A stretch of DNA of 53,791 bases from Escherichia phage mEp010. Of this stretch, positions 35,904 through 44,898 are shown piece by piece. The stretch lies in the sequence record PP180001; one strand, 5' to 3'. The first letter of the stretch is position 1; the number at the start of each line of letters is the position of its first letter. A program made the position numbers and the translations under genes. The notes under the pieces were generated by a model. The model saw nothing but the letters and a program-made list of their open reading frames with translations, did not search any database and was not told where the DNA came from.

Positions 35904-36264
35904 GATCGCGAGATTCAGTTATAAGGCATTAGCCACCATTTACCCAGTGACGCGTGACGACTGGACAAACTCCGACGTATACGGAACGCCATACCTGATT
36001 GATTGTGCATGGGAACGCACTGACGGAACCGCAACAGACGCAAACGGGAATGAGGTTAGCAACACGATAACCGTATATACCGAACTGCTTCACAAGATGC
36101 AGCCAGTACAGCGCCCGGAAAAAGGGTGGATGCTTGCCACTGGTGACACTACTGCTATTTCCGACCCGCTGGCGGCTGGGGCCAACTTTATAACCGGGAT
36201 CGTTGAATGGGACATGAGCATGTTTAACGATACGCCTGATTATAAGATCGTCACAGGAGGTTAA
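35890..36264 (+). CDS. Head-tail joining protein (putative)
   Basis: Track ORF 124 aa; position. Confidence 0.5.
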   Translation: MAMSKIARFSYKALATIYPVTRDDWTNSDVYGTPYLIDCAWERTDGTATDANGNEVSNTITVYTELLHKMQPVQRPEKGWMLATGDTTAISDPLAAGANFITGIVEWDMSMFNDTPDYKIVTGG

Positions 36265-36266
36265 TC

Positions 36267-36740
36267 ATGCCACTAAAAGGCGTCAAACGCGTCCGTATGA
36301 AAATGACGGAGGAAATCAGGAATATAGCAGACAAAAAGACTTATGAAGTGCTATGGATTGTTGGCAATGTCGCGTCCGGCCTTGCATCTGGAATGACGCC
36401 AGTTGATACGGGTTTTTTAATTAACAGCATGTACCAGACTGTCGAGAAAAACGGTAACGGCCTTTGTCTCATGGTTGGATATACCGCCCGCTATGCTGAA
36501 TGGGTGCATGACATGCCGGGGACATTAATGGGACAGCCTCGCGAGCATTTCGGGAAAACCAATAACCTTTCAGATTTCGGCCCGAAACAGGTAGTTGAGT
36601 TCGGCGGCGGTACTGGGAAGGGTTATTACTGGGATCCAAACGCGGAACCTGAATTTTTGCGCAAGGCGTTCGAGGAACCAGATAATTTCAATGAGATCTG
36701 GAACACGATTAAACTTGGGTACTGGACGAAACAATCATGA
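36267..36740 (+). CDS. Tail completion / neck protein (putative)
   Basis: Track ORF 157 aa; position. Confidence 0.5.
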   Translation: MPLKGVKRVRMKMTEEIRNIADKKTYEVLWIVGNVASGLASGMTPVDTGFLINSMYQTVEKNGNGLCLMVGYTARYAEWVHDMPGTLMGQPREHFGKTNNLSDFGPKQVVEFGGGTGKGYYWDPNAEPEFLRKAFEEPDNFNEIWNTIKLGYWTKQS

Positions 36741-37123
36741 AACGCAGCGAAGTATATGACGAAATAAGGGATTGGATTAAATCCCACGGGTACGACGAAG
36801 GTTATATTTTGCAGGCCCGTTTCTGGAATGAGCGATCCAATTCGAATAACAGCAGATATATTGTCATACAGCAAAACGGCGGTGCGGCTGGTGAAGAAGC
36901 AGTAACCCGTGACTATTTTCGCATCCTGGTTATTTCAGCGCGGAATGACGCAAATATCAGTGAAGTGGAAGATCTCGCCGACGCAATACGCCAGAGTATG
37001 ATAACAGAATATAAAACTGATAAAATTACACACATGAAACCAATTGGCGCGATTCCCGCAATGCAGACAAGGGAAGGGCGCTTCATCTTTACCGTAGCTT
37101 TCCAAACCATCATATCCAGATAA
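36737..37123 (+). CDS. Tail terminator-like protein (putative)
   Basis: Track ORF 128 aa; position before major tail gene. Confidence 0.5.
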   Translation: MKRSEVYDEIRDWIKSHGYDEGYILQARFWNERSNSNNSRYIVIQQNGGAAGEEAVTRDYFRILVISARNDANISEVEDLADAIRQSMITEYKTDKITHMKPIGAIPAMQTREGRFIFTVAFQTIISR

Positions 37124-37136
37124 GAGGTAACTAAAC

Positions 37137-37613
37137 ATGTCTCAGACTTGCGAAAAAGGTTCGTTTTTAGGCCGTGACGTTGCCGCATTCTATGCTATCG
37201 CCTGCCCTAATGCGAAACCTGAAGAAGGCGCTTATAAAGCGTTAGGCATGATGCGTGGCAAATCGCTTTCCGTAGAATGGGAAACCGCAGACGCCACCGC
37301 TGATAAATCAGCAGACTATACCAAAGAATCAATGGTAACTTACAAGTCCGTTTCTTTCTCCGGCGACGGCGTATCCCGCACCGAAGAAATCCACAACCAG
37401 AAAGCACTTAAACGCCATGTTATTAACCCTGGCGAAACAACTGGTGCGCAGCCTTACGTCTGGCTAAAACTTGTTTCCCCGCTCGACGTAACCGAAGGCC
37501 CATTCCTTTGCACCTCCTTTAAAGAAGAAGATCCGCACGACGATGTGTCCACTTGGTCCATTGAGTGCGAAAGCGCTGGCAAGGTCACAGTAGGTGACGT
37601 TCCGTCAATGTAA
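37137..37613 (+). CDS. Major tail (tube) protein
   Basis: 158 aa; position upstream of chaperone and tape measure genes. Confidence 0.6.
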   Translation: MSQTCEKGSFLGRDVAAFYAIACPNAKPEEGAYKALGMMRGKSLSVEWETADATADKSADYTKESMVTYKSVSFSGDGVSRTEEIHNQKALKRHVINPGETTGAQPYVWLKLVSPLDVTEGPFLCTSFKEEDPHDDVSTWSIECESAGKVTVGDVPSM

Positions 37614-37658
37614 CAGTAAATATTAACATCGGGGCCATTTGGCCCCTTTATTTTTAGG

Positions 37659-38348
37659 GTGACAGTTATGATTCATGTTCGAACAGGACAATTTGCGGTT
37701 GTGGTTGATGGCAGACGTTACGAGTTCAATCCCTGCTTTGCTGCAATGGCTAAGATCGGCAGCGACAGGGAGCTGGTAGAATACTTCGCAACGGTGCACG
37801 GTGGCAGATACCCACAACGTTTGCCAACTGATTCAGACCTCCGCAATCGCATTCTGGCGCGTTGTTATGGTGAACTTGTGCAAACGTCCATCCACGTACT
37901 GAAATGTTGCTCAGAATGCGAAATAGGCCCGTTATTGGGCGAATGCAGCTTTACCCCTTCTGGTAAGTTAAGACTAAAACCTGGATTGATGCCCACCAGC
38001 GACGTTATCACACTGGCGCAACACTGCATGTATCACGGTTTAATTGGTGACGGACCAGATGAGGACACTGGCGAGGAGCAGGAAGGCGACTATAAACAGA
38101 CGTTTGACATCCTTGAATACGTTTACTCCGCCGTTGCTCACCTGGGGTTATCTGAATCTGAAGCATGGGGCATGACAATGACCGGATATAGGGCAGCTGT
38201 ACGCGCTAAAACGCCACCAGACGAAAGAAAAGAGACAGGTAAGCCAAACGTTCATATAAATAAACGTGATTATGATGAGCAAATGGAGGCCGCTAAAAGG
38301 GTGCTGGAATTGATGAAAAAACGCGAGCAAGAAAAAGCCCGGGGTTAG
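37659..38348 (+). CDS. Tail assembly chaperone (putative)
   Basis: Position between major tail and tape measure genes; acidic segment; no frameshift site identified. Confidence 0.4.
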   Translation: MTVMIHVRTGQFAVVVDGRRYEFNPCFAAMAKIGSDRELVEYFATVHGGRYPQRLPTDSDLRNRILARCYGELVQTSIHVLKCCSECEIGPLLGECSFTPSGKLRLKPGLMPTSDVITLAQHCMYHGLIGDGPDEDTGEEQEGDYKQTFDILEYVYSAVAHLGLSESEAWGMTMTGYRAAVRAKTPPDERKETGKPNVHINKRDYDEQMEAAKRVLELMKKREQEKARG

Positions 38349-38388
38349 CCGGGCGTTATATGTCGATGATGCTTTTTGATAGTGCCTA

Positions 38389-38805
38389 TTATCTGAACCT
38401 TACTATTTCAATTCTGCCGTTGCCCAAGTCAATGATGGCATGATTTTTTATACCCGCGCCGCCTTCGTTAAATATTCTTTCAGCAAATGCGGCTTTATCA
38501 GCGTTACACTCATTGGCTATTCTGTTTCTTATTTCATCGTTGCCTTCGAATACGACGCCTACAGCAGCCTCCTTCACAAGTCCCCAGTTAAACCATCTTG
38601 CGTAAACTGGTTTACCTTCGAAATGATCGTCAATTGCTTTATAAAAAACCTTGATAGCTGCGGGTTCCTTCTTGAAGATTTTGTGGTATTCGGCAACATT
38701 ATTAGCTACATCATCGCAGTTTATATTCATCACATCGTTTGCGTTGGCGTTGAATGCTAAACCTACCATTACCGCCATCACTGCCGCTTTAATTAGCCGT
38801 TTCAT
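38389..38805 (-). CDS. Secreted/periplasmic protein with signal peptide (moron)
   Basis: 138 aa; N-terminal MKRLIKAAVMAVMVGLAFNANA; opposite strand inside tail module. Confidence 0.6.
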   Translation of the reverse strand: MKRLIKAAVMAVMVGLAFNANANDVMNINCDDVANNVAEYHKIFKKEPAAIKVFYKAIDDHFEGKPVYARWFNWGLVKEAAVGVVFEGNDEIRNRIANECNADKAAFAERIFNEGGAGIKNHAIIDLGNGRIEIVRFR

Positions 38806-38817
38806 ACCCCACCCCGC

Positions 38818-38904
38818 TTATTTTTTGTTTTTAAGTGCTTTCAGCATTTCTTCGATAAAGTCGGCATAGTGCTCATGCTCGTTGGGTCGGTAGTAGTTTT
38901 TCAT
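38818..38904 (-). CDS. Possible 28-aa leader peptide upstream of secreted protein gene
   Basis: AAGAGG SD; MKNYYRPNEHEHYADFIEEMLKALKNKK; coordinates +/-1. Confidence 0.25.
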   Translation of the reverse strand: MKNYYRPNEHEHYADFIEEMLKALKNKK

Positions 38905-39060
38905 TTTCTTATCCTCTTTTGCTTCCTCCGGTTAATCCGGCCTTCTAAATCCCTTTACTCTATCCCTTTCCTTTAGCCTCTTTATACAAAATGTATTCGT
39001 TGAAGTGAAGCCATTTTGTATAAAATAGAGATCAGGATCACACTTTTACGAGGTTAAATC

Positions 39061-41409
39061 ATGTCCACCAGTTTAGGTACAATTTATTACGAAGTTGATG
39101 CAAAAACTGGTCAACTTCTGGTCGCTCAGCGACAGGCTGACCAGGCTTTTGACAGTATCGAGCGTGGCGCAAAACGCGCTGACCGCCAGGTGAACACGCT
39201 TAAGACTTCAATCAAAGCACTATCCAGGGTTATTCATCTGTTACTTGCTGCGGAGGCTGTACGCCAGTTTATTGACATGGCGGAGCAAGCAAAAATGCTT
39301 CGCGTAAAAATCAAATTGCTTACAGGTGAAGCGGAGGCAACGGAACGCGTTTTCAATAGACTGAAAGAAATATCAAAAGAAACAGGCCAAAGCCTCAAGG
39401 ATACTGGCGACCTGTGGCAAGGGCTTGCTATATCGCTAAAAAACACATCCGCTACGGAAGGCCAGGTCCTCAACCTGGTTAGCACGCTGCAAAAACTCGG
39501 CAACCTGGGCGGCGTATCTGCGGAACAACTATCAAACTCCATGCGCCAGTTCCGCCAGGCTATTGATGCTGGCGTATTGCAGGCGGAAGAATTTAACTCA
39601 ATACGTGACAACACCCCAACAATCATACAGGAAATGGCCCGACAGATGGGGTTGTCAATGGGTCAGTTCCGCGCTGAAATGCTGGACGGCAAGATCACGG
39701 CTGAAAGGATGCTCAACGCGATCCAGGCCGCCACGCAGGAAACAAACGAGAAGTTTGCGCAGTTGCCGCGCACATCCGGCATGGCCTTCAACGAGCTTAA
39801 AGTTGAGGTGATGGGACTTGTCGAACAGCTAGACGATCTTTTCGGCATATCAGATGGCGTTGTGTCGGCAATAGACTTAATCACTGGTGGCGTTGAGGGA
39901 TTAGGTAAATGCGCAAAATTCGCCGCAACATGTTTCAATACACTAAAAACTGCTGGCAGCGAATTTATCGACATGTTTGACGATGTTGCTGTTAAGGCTG
40001 GCGAGGTGGCGGAAGAAATCATCAGAATGGTAACGCCAATCAAGGCGCTAATGGATGGCTACAAATGGATGAAGGAAATCATTGACAAGCGCAAGGAAGA
40101 GCTAAATAGCAACAACGAGAAGAAATTTGGCCCCACCATTGGCAAATTCATGACGTTTAAGAATGACATCGAAAAAGCTACAGCCGCTTATGATGAGTTC
40201 ATGCAGAAACAGGGTGAGGCTGACGACGGCAAGATCACCGGATTCGATCAGCCAGTTGGTAAACCGAAAAAAGGGAAAAAGGGCAAAAAGGACAAGAAAT
40301 CCGAAGCTGATCGGCTTGGTGATGAAGGTATAAACGTCTCTGACCAGTACAACAAAGACGCCGCCGCTATGCGTAAAGCACTGGAGAACGGCAAGGCCAT
40401 TGACGCTGCGTTTGCTCAGGGCAAAATAACCCTCCTTGAGTACAAGGCCGCGCAAAAGGGGATAGGCAAGGAACTGAAGGACGAATTAGCACAAATCCCG
40501 GTGGAAGAATTGCAAGACAAATGGGCGCACATAGTAAGCCCGATGGATCAGCTTAAGGGCGAAATTGACCCAATAAAACAGGTTCAGAATGAATGGGCAG
40601 TAAGGAAACAAATGCTATTGGACCTGGGCGCTACAGAGGCGCAACAAAGACAGGCACAGTTGGAATACGAACAACAGATCAGAGATCTGAAATGGGAACA
40701 ATGGCAGGCGCAAAGCGACACAAACGGCCTGATTGGAGCGTGCGTCAGCGGCCTGAAAGGTGGCATGGGTAATGCCCTTACCGGACTGCTAAACGGTACT
40801 CAATCGCTAAGTGAGGTTTTCGCCAACCTGGGAAGCAGCATACTCAATACTGTTGGCAATAAACTATCAGAAATTGCCGCAAACTGGATAGCAGATCAGT
40901 TGATGATGGAAACACAAAGCAAGGCCACGCAAGCAAGTACCACGGCTGGCGCGGTAGCGGCACAAGGCCAGATTGCAGCGGCGGCGGCCCCGGCGGCTGC
41001 GGCAACGGCTGCGTCAACTGGTGGTAGCTGGGCTGCGGCTGGTGCTGCGGCGCTTTCTGCGATCATGTCGCTGGCAACGTCAATTTTTGGCGGCGGGCGT
41101 TATAATGGTGGTTCTGTTAATGGTGGTAGTCTGTATCGCGTAGGTGAACACGGGATTCCTGAGCTATTCCAGACGAGCAACGGGCGTCAGTATATGATTC
41201 CTGGCGAGAATGGTAGGGTGATTCCTGGCCGTGATCTCTTCAATGGTGGCGGCATCAATATGCCTGTTAACATCAACGTCCATACCACAAACGGGTTTAG
41301 CGACGAAGACGGTCGCAGACTTGAACAGACTATGGAGCGCGTAGCAATGAAGATGATGGCAAGGGAATCACAACGACCTGGAGGAATGTTGCAACCGCGC
41401 CGCAAATAA
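39061..41409 (+). CDS. Tail tape measure protein
   Basis: 782 aa, coiled-coil rich, Gly/Ala-rich C-terminal region; position. Confidence 0.85.
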   Translation: MSTSLGTIYYEVDAKTGQLLVAQRQADQAFDSIERGAKRADRQVNTLKTSIKALSRVIHLLLAAEAVRQFIDMAEQAKMLRVKIKLLTGEAEATERVFNRLKEISKETGQSLKDTGDLWQGLAISLKNTSATEGQVLNLVSTLQKLGNLGGVSAEQLSNSMRQFRQAIDAGVLQAEEFNSIRDNTPTIIQEMARQMGLSMGQFRAEMLDGKITAERMLNAIQAATQETNEKFAQLPRTSGMAFNELKVEVMGLVEQLDDLFGISDGVVSAIDLITGGVEGLGKCAKFAATCFNTLKTAGSEFIDMFDDVAVKAGEVAEEIIRMVTPIKALMDGYKWMKEIIDKRKEELNSNNEKKFGPTIGKFMTFKNDIEKATAAYDEFMQKQGEADDGKITGFDQPVGKPKKGKKGKKDKKSEADRLGDEGINVSDQYNKDAAAMRKALENGKAIDAAFAQGKITLLEYKAAQKGIGKELKDELAQIPVEELQDKWAHIVSPMDQLKGEIDPIKQVQNEWAVRKQMLLDLGATEAQQRQAQLEYEQQIRDLKWEQWQAQSDTNGLIGACVSGLKGGMGNALTGLLNGTQSLSEVFANLGSSILNTVGNKLSEIAANWIADQLMMETQSKATQASTTAGAVAAQGQIAAAAAPAAAATAASTGGSWAAAGAAALSAIMSLATSIFGGGRYNGGSVNGGSLYRVGEHGIPELFQTSNGRQYMIPGENGRVIPGRDLFNGGGINMPVNINVHTTNGFSDEDGRRLEQTMERVAMKMMARESQRPGGMLQPRRK

Positions 41410-41441
41410 ACAAAAACCCCGGTACAATGCCGGGGTTATCT
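41410..41441. terminator. Bidirectional rho-independent terminator
   Basis: CCCCGG-TACAAT-GCCGGGG hairpin with A-run upstream and T-rich downstream; separates tape measure gene from minus-strand cassette. Confidence 0.7.
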
Positions 41442-41624
41442 TTATTCAATTTCATCATTATTAAATTCGCCGCTTGCATAAAGCTGTAATGCTCTTATCA
41501 GTTCGTCAGCTTGCTTTTTGTTTATTACAATCATCTCGCAGTCGCTAACGATCCATAATCTTCCATCATCTTCAACACTAAGATCAATCCTTCTGCATTC
41601 TTCAGTCTCGTGAATAATCATCAT
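41442..41624 (-). CDS. Hypothetical protein (60 aa, acidic C-terminus)
   Basis: Track ORF; last gene of minus-strand cassette. Confidence 0.5.
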   Translation of the reverse strand: MMIIHETEECRRIDLSVEDDGRLWIVSDCEMIVINKKQADELIRALQLYASGEFNNDEIE

Positions 41625-41662
41625 AAACCTTCATTATGTTATTAATTTACTGAATAAATTTA

Positions 41663-41830
41663 CTAAAATCTTGTATATCCTCTCTCAATTTTCCCTCCGT
41701 GTACACTTCTGGCAAATACCGCGTCAGTATACCTGAAAAATGGACATGTATATGTATCCCCTTTGCTATCCATATATTTTAGCACCCATGCCATGCGTTT
41801 TACGTTGCTTTTGTTTGCCTGATTTTTCAT
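41663..41830 (-). CDS. Hypothetical protein (55 aa)
   Basis: GGAGG SD 10 nt upstream; Met12 of track ORF 41663-41863. Confidence 0.45.
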   Translation of the reverse strand: MKNQANKSNVKRMAWVLKYMDSKGDTYTCPFFRYTDAVFARSVHGGKIERGYTRF

Positions 41831-41849
41831 TTTTATTTTCCTCCGTAAA

Positions 41850-41942
41850 TCACAACCTGCCATTTCTTGCTATGTAGCTGCGAGCAAACATTACCTGCCA
41901 GATGTTCCAGATCTCCCGCCAGGTGAATTTATCGTCATCCAT
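41850..41942 (-). CDS. Possible 30-aa protein (MDDDKFTWREIWNIWQVMFARSYIARNGRL)
   Basis: GAGGTGA SD; 8 nt after upstream stop. Confidence 0.25.
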   Translation of the reverse strand: MDDDKFTWREIWNIWQVMFARSYIARNGRL

Positions 41943-41950
41943 ATTTCACC

Positions 41951-42205
41951 TCATTTATGCGCCCCTTTTACGCCACAGTGGCGGTTGTATTCCAGATGGT
42001 CAATAATTAACCACATCTTTAAATCTTCGCTGAATAACCGCCAATCGGGGTTGATGTCAAATTTATAGCCGTAGCCATCGCGTAATTTTTTGGGGTTGGC
42101 CTCTTTTTTCAGGAAAGAATTTAATAAAGCCTTGCCTTTTTTGATGATCCGTTCCTGTGCGTTTTTCTGTGCTTTCAGGTTTTTGCCAATCGCCACCAAT
42201 TTCAT
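41951..42205 (-). CDS. Hypothetical basic protein (84 aa)
   Basis: Track ORF, 20 nt after upstream gene. Confidence 0.5.
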   Translation of the reverse strand: MKLVAIGKNLKAQKNAQERIIKKGKALLNSFLKKEANPKKLRDGYGYKFDINPDWRLFSEDLKMWLIIDHLEYNRHCGVKGAHK

Positions 42206-42225
42206 AACTCACCCCACGCAATCAA

Positions 42226-42381
42226 TCAGTTGACCACTTTCAGGAAGAAATCACGGTATTCATCTTCTTTTGCATTCATCATGAATTGACCGTATTTGAA
42301 TGCATCATCAAAACCCTTCACAATCGCAACTTCCACCTGTTCGAATGCTTTGTTTAGCATTACCACTACATAGCGTTCCAT
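42226..42381 (-). CDS. Hypothetical protein (51 aa)
   Basis: Met64 of track ORF 42226-42570 with AGGGGG SD; first gene of cassette. Confidence 0.4.
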   Translation of the reverse strand: MERYVVVMLNKAFEQVEVAIVKGFDDAFKYGQFMMNAKEDEYRDFFLKVVN

Positions 42382-42553
42382 ATTGGCCCCCTTTGTTGGT
42401 ACTGCTTTCTCTTCTTGCTTTCTGTATACATCTTGTTGCGTCCTGTGTGAAGCCATTTCGTAAACTGGGTATAATTCTTGTGACGAAGTTATCATTTTTC
42501 GCGTAGAAGCGCGTAAAGATGTATGCAATATGTAACTTATGATGGGGGAAATC

Positions 42554-42907
42554 ATGCCTGAAGTTTTCAAATGGACGCCGCAAAGAAGCTACAGCGTAAA
42601 CACTGAACCAAACGTGTCCGTCGTTAAACTTGGTGACGGTTATGAGCAGCGCCAGGCGAAAGGGATCAACACGTTACTTGATACTTATACCCTGGTTTTC
42701 AAAGGAAGTAGTGCAGGATGCGGTGCAGCCGGAAATGTCGCGCTACAGGTTGACGCATTTTTAAGGGCGCGCGGCGCGGTCGAGGCGTTTTACTGGACTC
42801 CATCGACCGACGGGGTGCAAAGGCTTTTCGTTTGTCGTAGCTGGAGTATGACCAAAGACGGGCCTGTTTGCACGCTAAACGCAACGTTTGAACAAGTTGT
42901 TGGCTAA
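42554..42907 (+). CDS. M: Minor tail protein M
   Basis: Resembles lambda gpM (F.W.P.....SV...V.FGDGY.QR); Met6 of track ORF. Confidence 0.75.
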   Translation: MPEVFKWTPQRSYSVNTEPNVSVVKLGDGYEQRQAKGINTLLDTYTLVFKGSSAGCGAAGNVALQVDAFLRARGAVEAFYWTPSTDGVQRLFVCRSWSMTKDGPVCTLNATFEQVVG

Positions 42908-42921
42908 TGGTGGGGGTTGTT

Positions 42922-43107
42922 ATGTACGGTTTTTGTGTGGTTGATAAGACTGAATCTTTTACATTATTTGCAGACTATGAGATCAACGACCTTGCTGTAA
43001 GAGCTGACAATGGCGATACATGGTATTTGCATGATATGGGTGACGGGTATGTCGGGTGCAGATCCAGGGAGGGTAAGGAGGTTTTATTTTTGGTTGATGG
43101 CGTATAA
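42922..43107 (+). CDS. Hypothetical protein (61 aa) between M and L
   Basis: Met6 of track ORF 42907-43107; GGGGG SD. Confidence 0.45.
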   Translation: MYGFCVVDKTESFTLFADYEINDLAVRADNGDTWYLHDMGDGYVGCRSREGKEVLFLVDGV

Positions 43108-43137
43108 AAACAACCCCGCGCGAAGCGGGGTTTTTCT
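43108..43137. terminator. Bidirectional rho-independent terminator (same hairpin as at 51247-51263, inverted)
   Basis: CCCCGC-GCGAA-GCGGGG hairpin plus TTTTT. Confidence 0.7.
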
Positions 43138-43139
43138 TG

Positions 43140-43277
43140 TCAGTAGTGGATATACAGCAAGCTCATTGGGTGAGCGTGCGCCATGTTGTTTGCTATTGCC
43201 GCCCAGTCCCAATCAGCAGCGTGAATGCCAAATACTATCAGTCCCATTATTATTAGCGCCAAAACTTCTATTTTCAT
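43140..43277 (-). CDS. Possible 45-aa hydrophobic membrane peptide
   Basis: MKIEVLALIIMGLIVFGIHAADWDWAAIANNMAHAHPMSLLYIHY; 10 nt after upstream stop. Confidence 0.3.
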   Translation of the reverse strand: MKIEVLALIIMGLIVFGIHAADWDWAAIANNMAHAHPMSLLYIHY

Positions 43278-43287
43278 AATCTGTCAC

Positions 43288-43536
43288 CTATAAGTTATCA
43301 CGCAGATAATTAACGCCTTTATCAGTGACGAATGAATGATTGACCTGGTTTTCGTCCGTCATGATTATGAATAGCTTTTCCTGTAGGTATTTCGCTTTCG
43401 GGTACAGCGTTAAACAGACCTGGTACAGTATCCCGCGCTCAATCAGCAAATCAATAAATTCGTGCTCATGATAACCGACGAGGCGGGCGGCCTGTTTTAA
43501 CGTGTACACATAATCGCCGTGATTGCGCCGCCCCAT
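43288..43536 (-). CDS. Hypothetical protein (82 aa)
   Basis: Track ORF. Confidence 0.5.
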   Translation of the reverse strand: MGRRNHGDYVYTLKQAARLVGYHEHEFIDLLIERGILYQVCLTLYPKAKYLQEKLFIIMTDENQVNHSFVTDKGVNYLRDNL

Positions 43537-43544
43537 GTTGCCGC

Positions 43545-43895
43545 CTATTTATCGAATGCAGACAAATTGTCGATACAGAAGTCTTTAGCAGCCTTTTCGT
43601 ATTCGCGTTTTGCTTCTGGATTGTCAGCCGGGAAACCTTTTGCGTGTATTTCACCAGGGCAAGATTGATCCATAGAGTCTGCAAAGTTAACATTGGCGTT
43701 GAAGTTAATATCTTTCGGGTTCATCTCTTCCACCTTATCCGGCACTTGGACCGGAGTAATATCAAAATCACGAGCGTTAGACCAACAGCGAAGTAATTCA
43801 CGACCTTCATCACGAGCTGCGACATATGTATCAAACAGCCCCATGCGCTCCCATTCACATTTATCAGTCCATATTTCTAAACTGTATTTTTGCAT
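43545..43895 (-). CDS. Hypothetical protein (116 aa)
   Basis: Track ORF; start codon embedded in recurrent motif GTTTAACAAAATGC. Confidence 0.55.
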   Translation of the reverse strand: MQKYSLEIWTDKCEWERMGLFDTYVAARDEGRELLRCWSNARDFDITPVQVPDKVEEMNPKDINFNANVNFADSMDQSCPGEIHAKGFPADNPEAKREYEKAAKDFCIDNLSAFDK

Positions 43896-43907
43896 TTTGT
43901 TAAACTC

Positions 43908-44063
43908 TCATTTGACAGGTTCGATCCTGTACCCTAAAACTCGTTCGTCTTCAGCGAGTAAAAGCGCGTCAGTAAGTGCCTCGCCTTCATCTTTATACAG
44001 GGCCACAGTCATTTTTCTGCCATCCGCCAGGAATACCGTCAACCTCCACACCTTATCATCCAT
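43908..44063 (-). CDS. Hypothetical protein (51 aa; may start at 44081)
   Basis: GGAGGTG SD before Met26 of track ORF 43908-44138; alternative Met20 lies in recurrent motif. Confidence 0.4.
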   Translation of the reverse strand: MDDKVWRLTVFLADGRKMTVALYKDEGEALTDALLLAEDERVLGYRIEPVK

Positions 44064-44191
44064 ATCACACCTCCGCGCCATTTTGTTAACCCTGCTTCCT
44101 TTTGAGTACAATATACATATTGTAAAAAACGCGATCAACCGTTTTGGTATGATTTGGCGTGACAGCGATCACAAAATGACAAGGTGAAAAA

Positions 44192-44896
44192 ATGCGCAGC
44201 ATACCTACAGAAATGATTATTGATTCCGTCGATGCTGGAGTCGGCGCGGTAATTGACTTGTTTGAATTAGACCTCACGCCCCTGGGTGGCGAGGTTATCC
44301 GCTTCCATTCCGGCGCGAATGGCTATTACGGCCCGGTTATCTGGAAGGGAGTGACTTACAACAGCTACCCTATCGAGGCCACTGGCTTCGAAATGAAAAA
44401 CGAAGGCGTTTACTCGCGCCCGCAAATGGTAGTAGCCAACATTGGCGGGCTAATCACCGGGATGAACAACGATTTTAACGACCTGCGAGGAATGAAGGTT
44501 ACGCGCCGCCAGGTGGAAGTAAAATATCTGGACGCTGTCAACTTCCCCAATGGCAACCCGGATGCAGATCCGTCTATCGAGGCTGTATCTTTTTACGTCG
44601 TTGAGGCGATGAGCGAAGAAACAGCCGACCAGGTGCAATATGAACTTTCAACGCCAATTGATGCCGACAAGGCGGTTATCCCTGGGCGCACAATCCTCGC
44701 TGACGTTTGCCAGTGGCAATACCGGGGCGACGGTTGCGGATACAGTGGCGGCCCTGTAGCTACAGATAAAGACGAATCGACCAGTGATCCAAAACTGGAT
44801 AAATGCAGCCACCGCCTGAGCGGTTGCCGTTTGCGTTTCCCGCACCCCAATCCGTTACCAATTTCATGTTTCCCCGGATCAAGCAAGGTCGGTTAA
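44192..44896 (+). CDS. L: Minor tail protein L
   Basis: Resembles lambda gpL, including Cys cluster CQWQYRGDGCGYSG. Confidence 0.85.
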   Translation: MRSIPTEMIIDSVDAGVGAVIDLFELDLTPLGGEVIRFHSGANGYYGPVIWKGVTYNSYPIEATGFEMKNEGVYSRPQMVVANIGGLITGMNNDFNDLRGMKVTRRQVEVKYLDAVNFPNGNPDADPSIEAVSFYVVEAMSEETADQVQYELSTPIDADKAVIPGRTILADVCQWQYRGDGCGYSGGPVATDKDESTSDPKLDKCSHRLSGCRLRFPHPNPLPISCFPGSSKVG

Positions 44897-44898
44897 TT

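Noticed and set aside
37659-38348. Programmed -1 frameshift (G/GT-type) in the tail assembly chaperone gene
   Set aside because: Looked for a slippery heptamer with a downstream overlapping frame; the downstream region is occupied by a minus-strand moron and no plausible extension frame exists.
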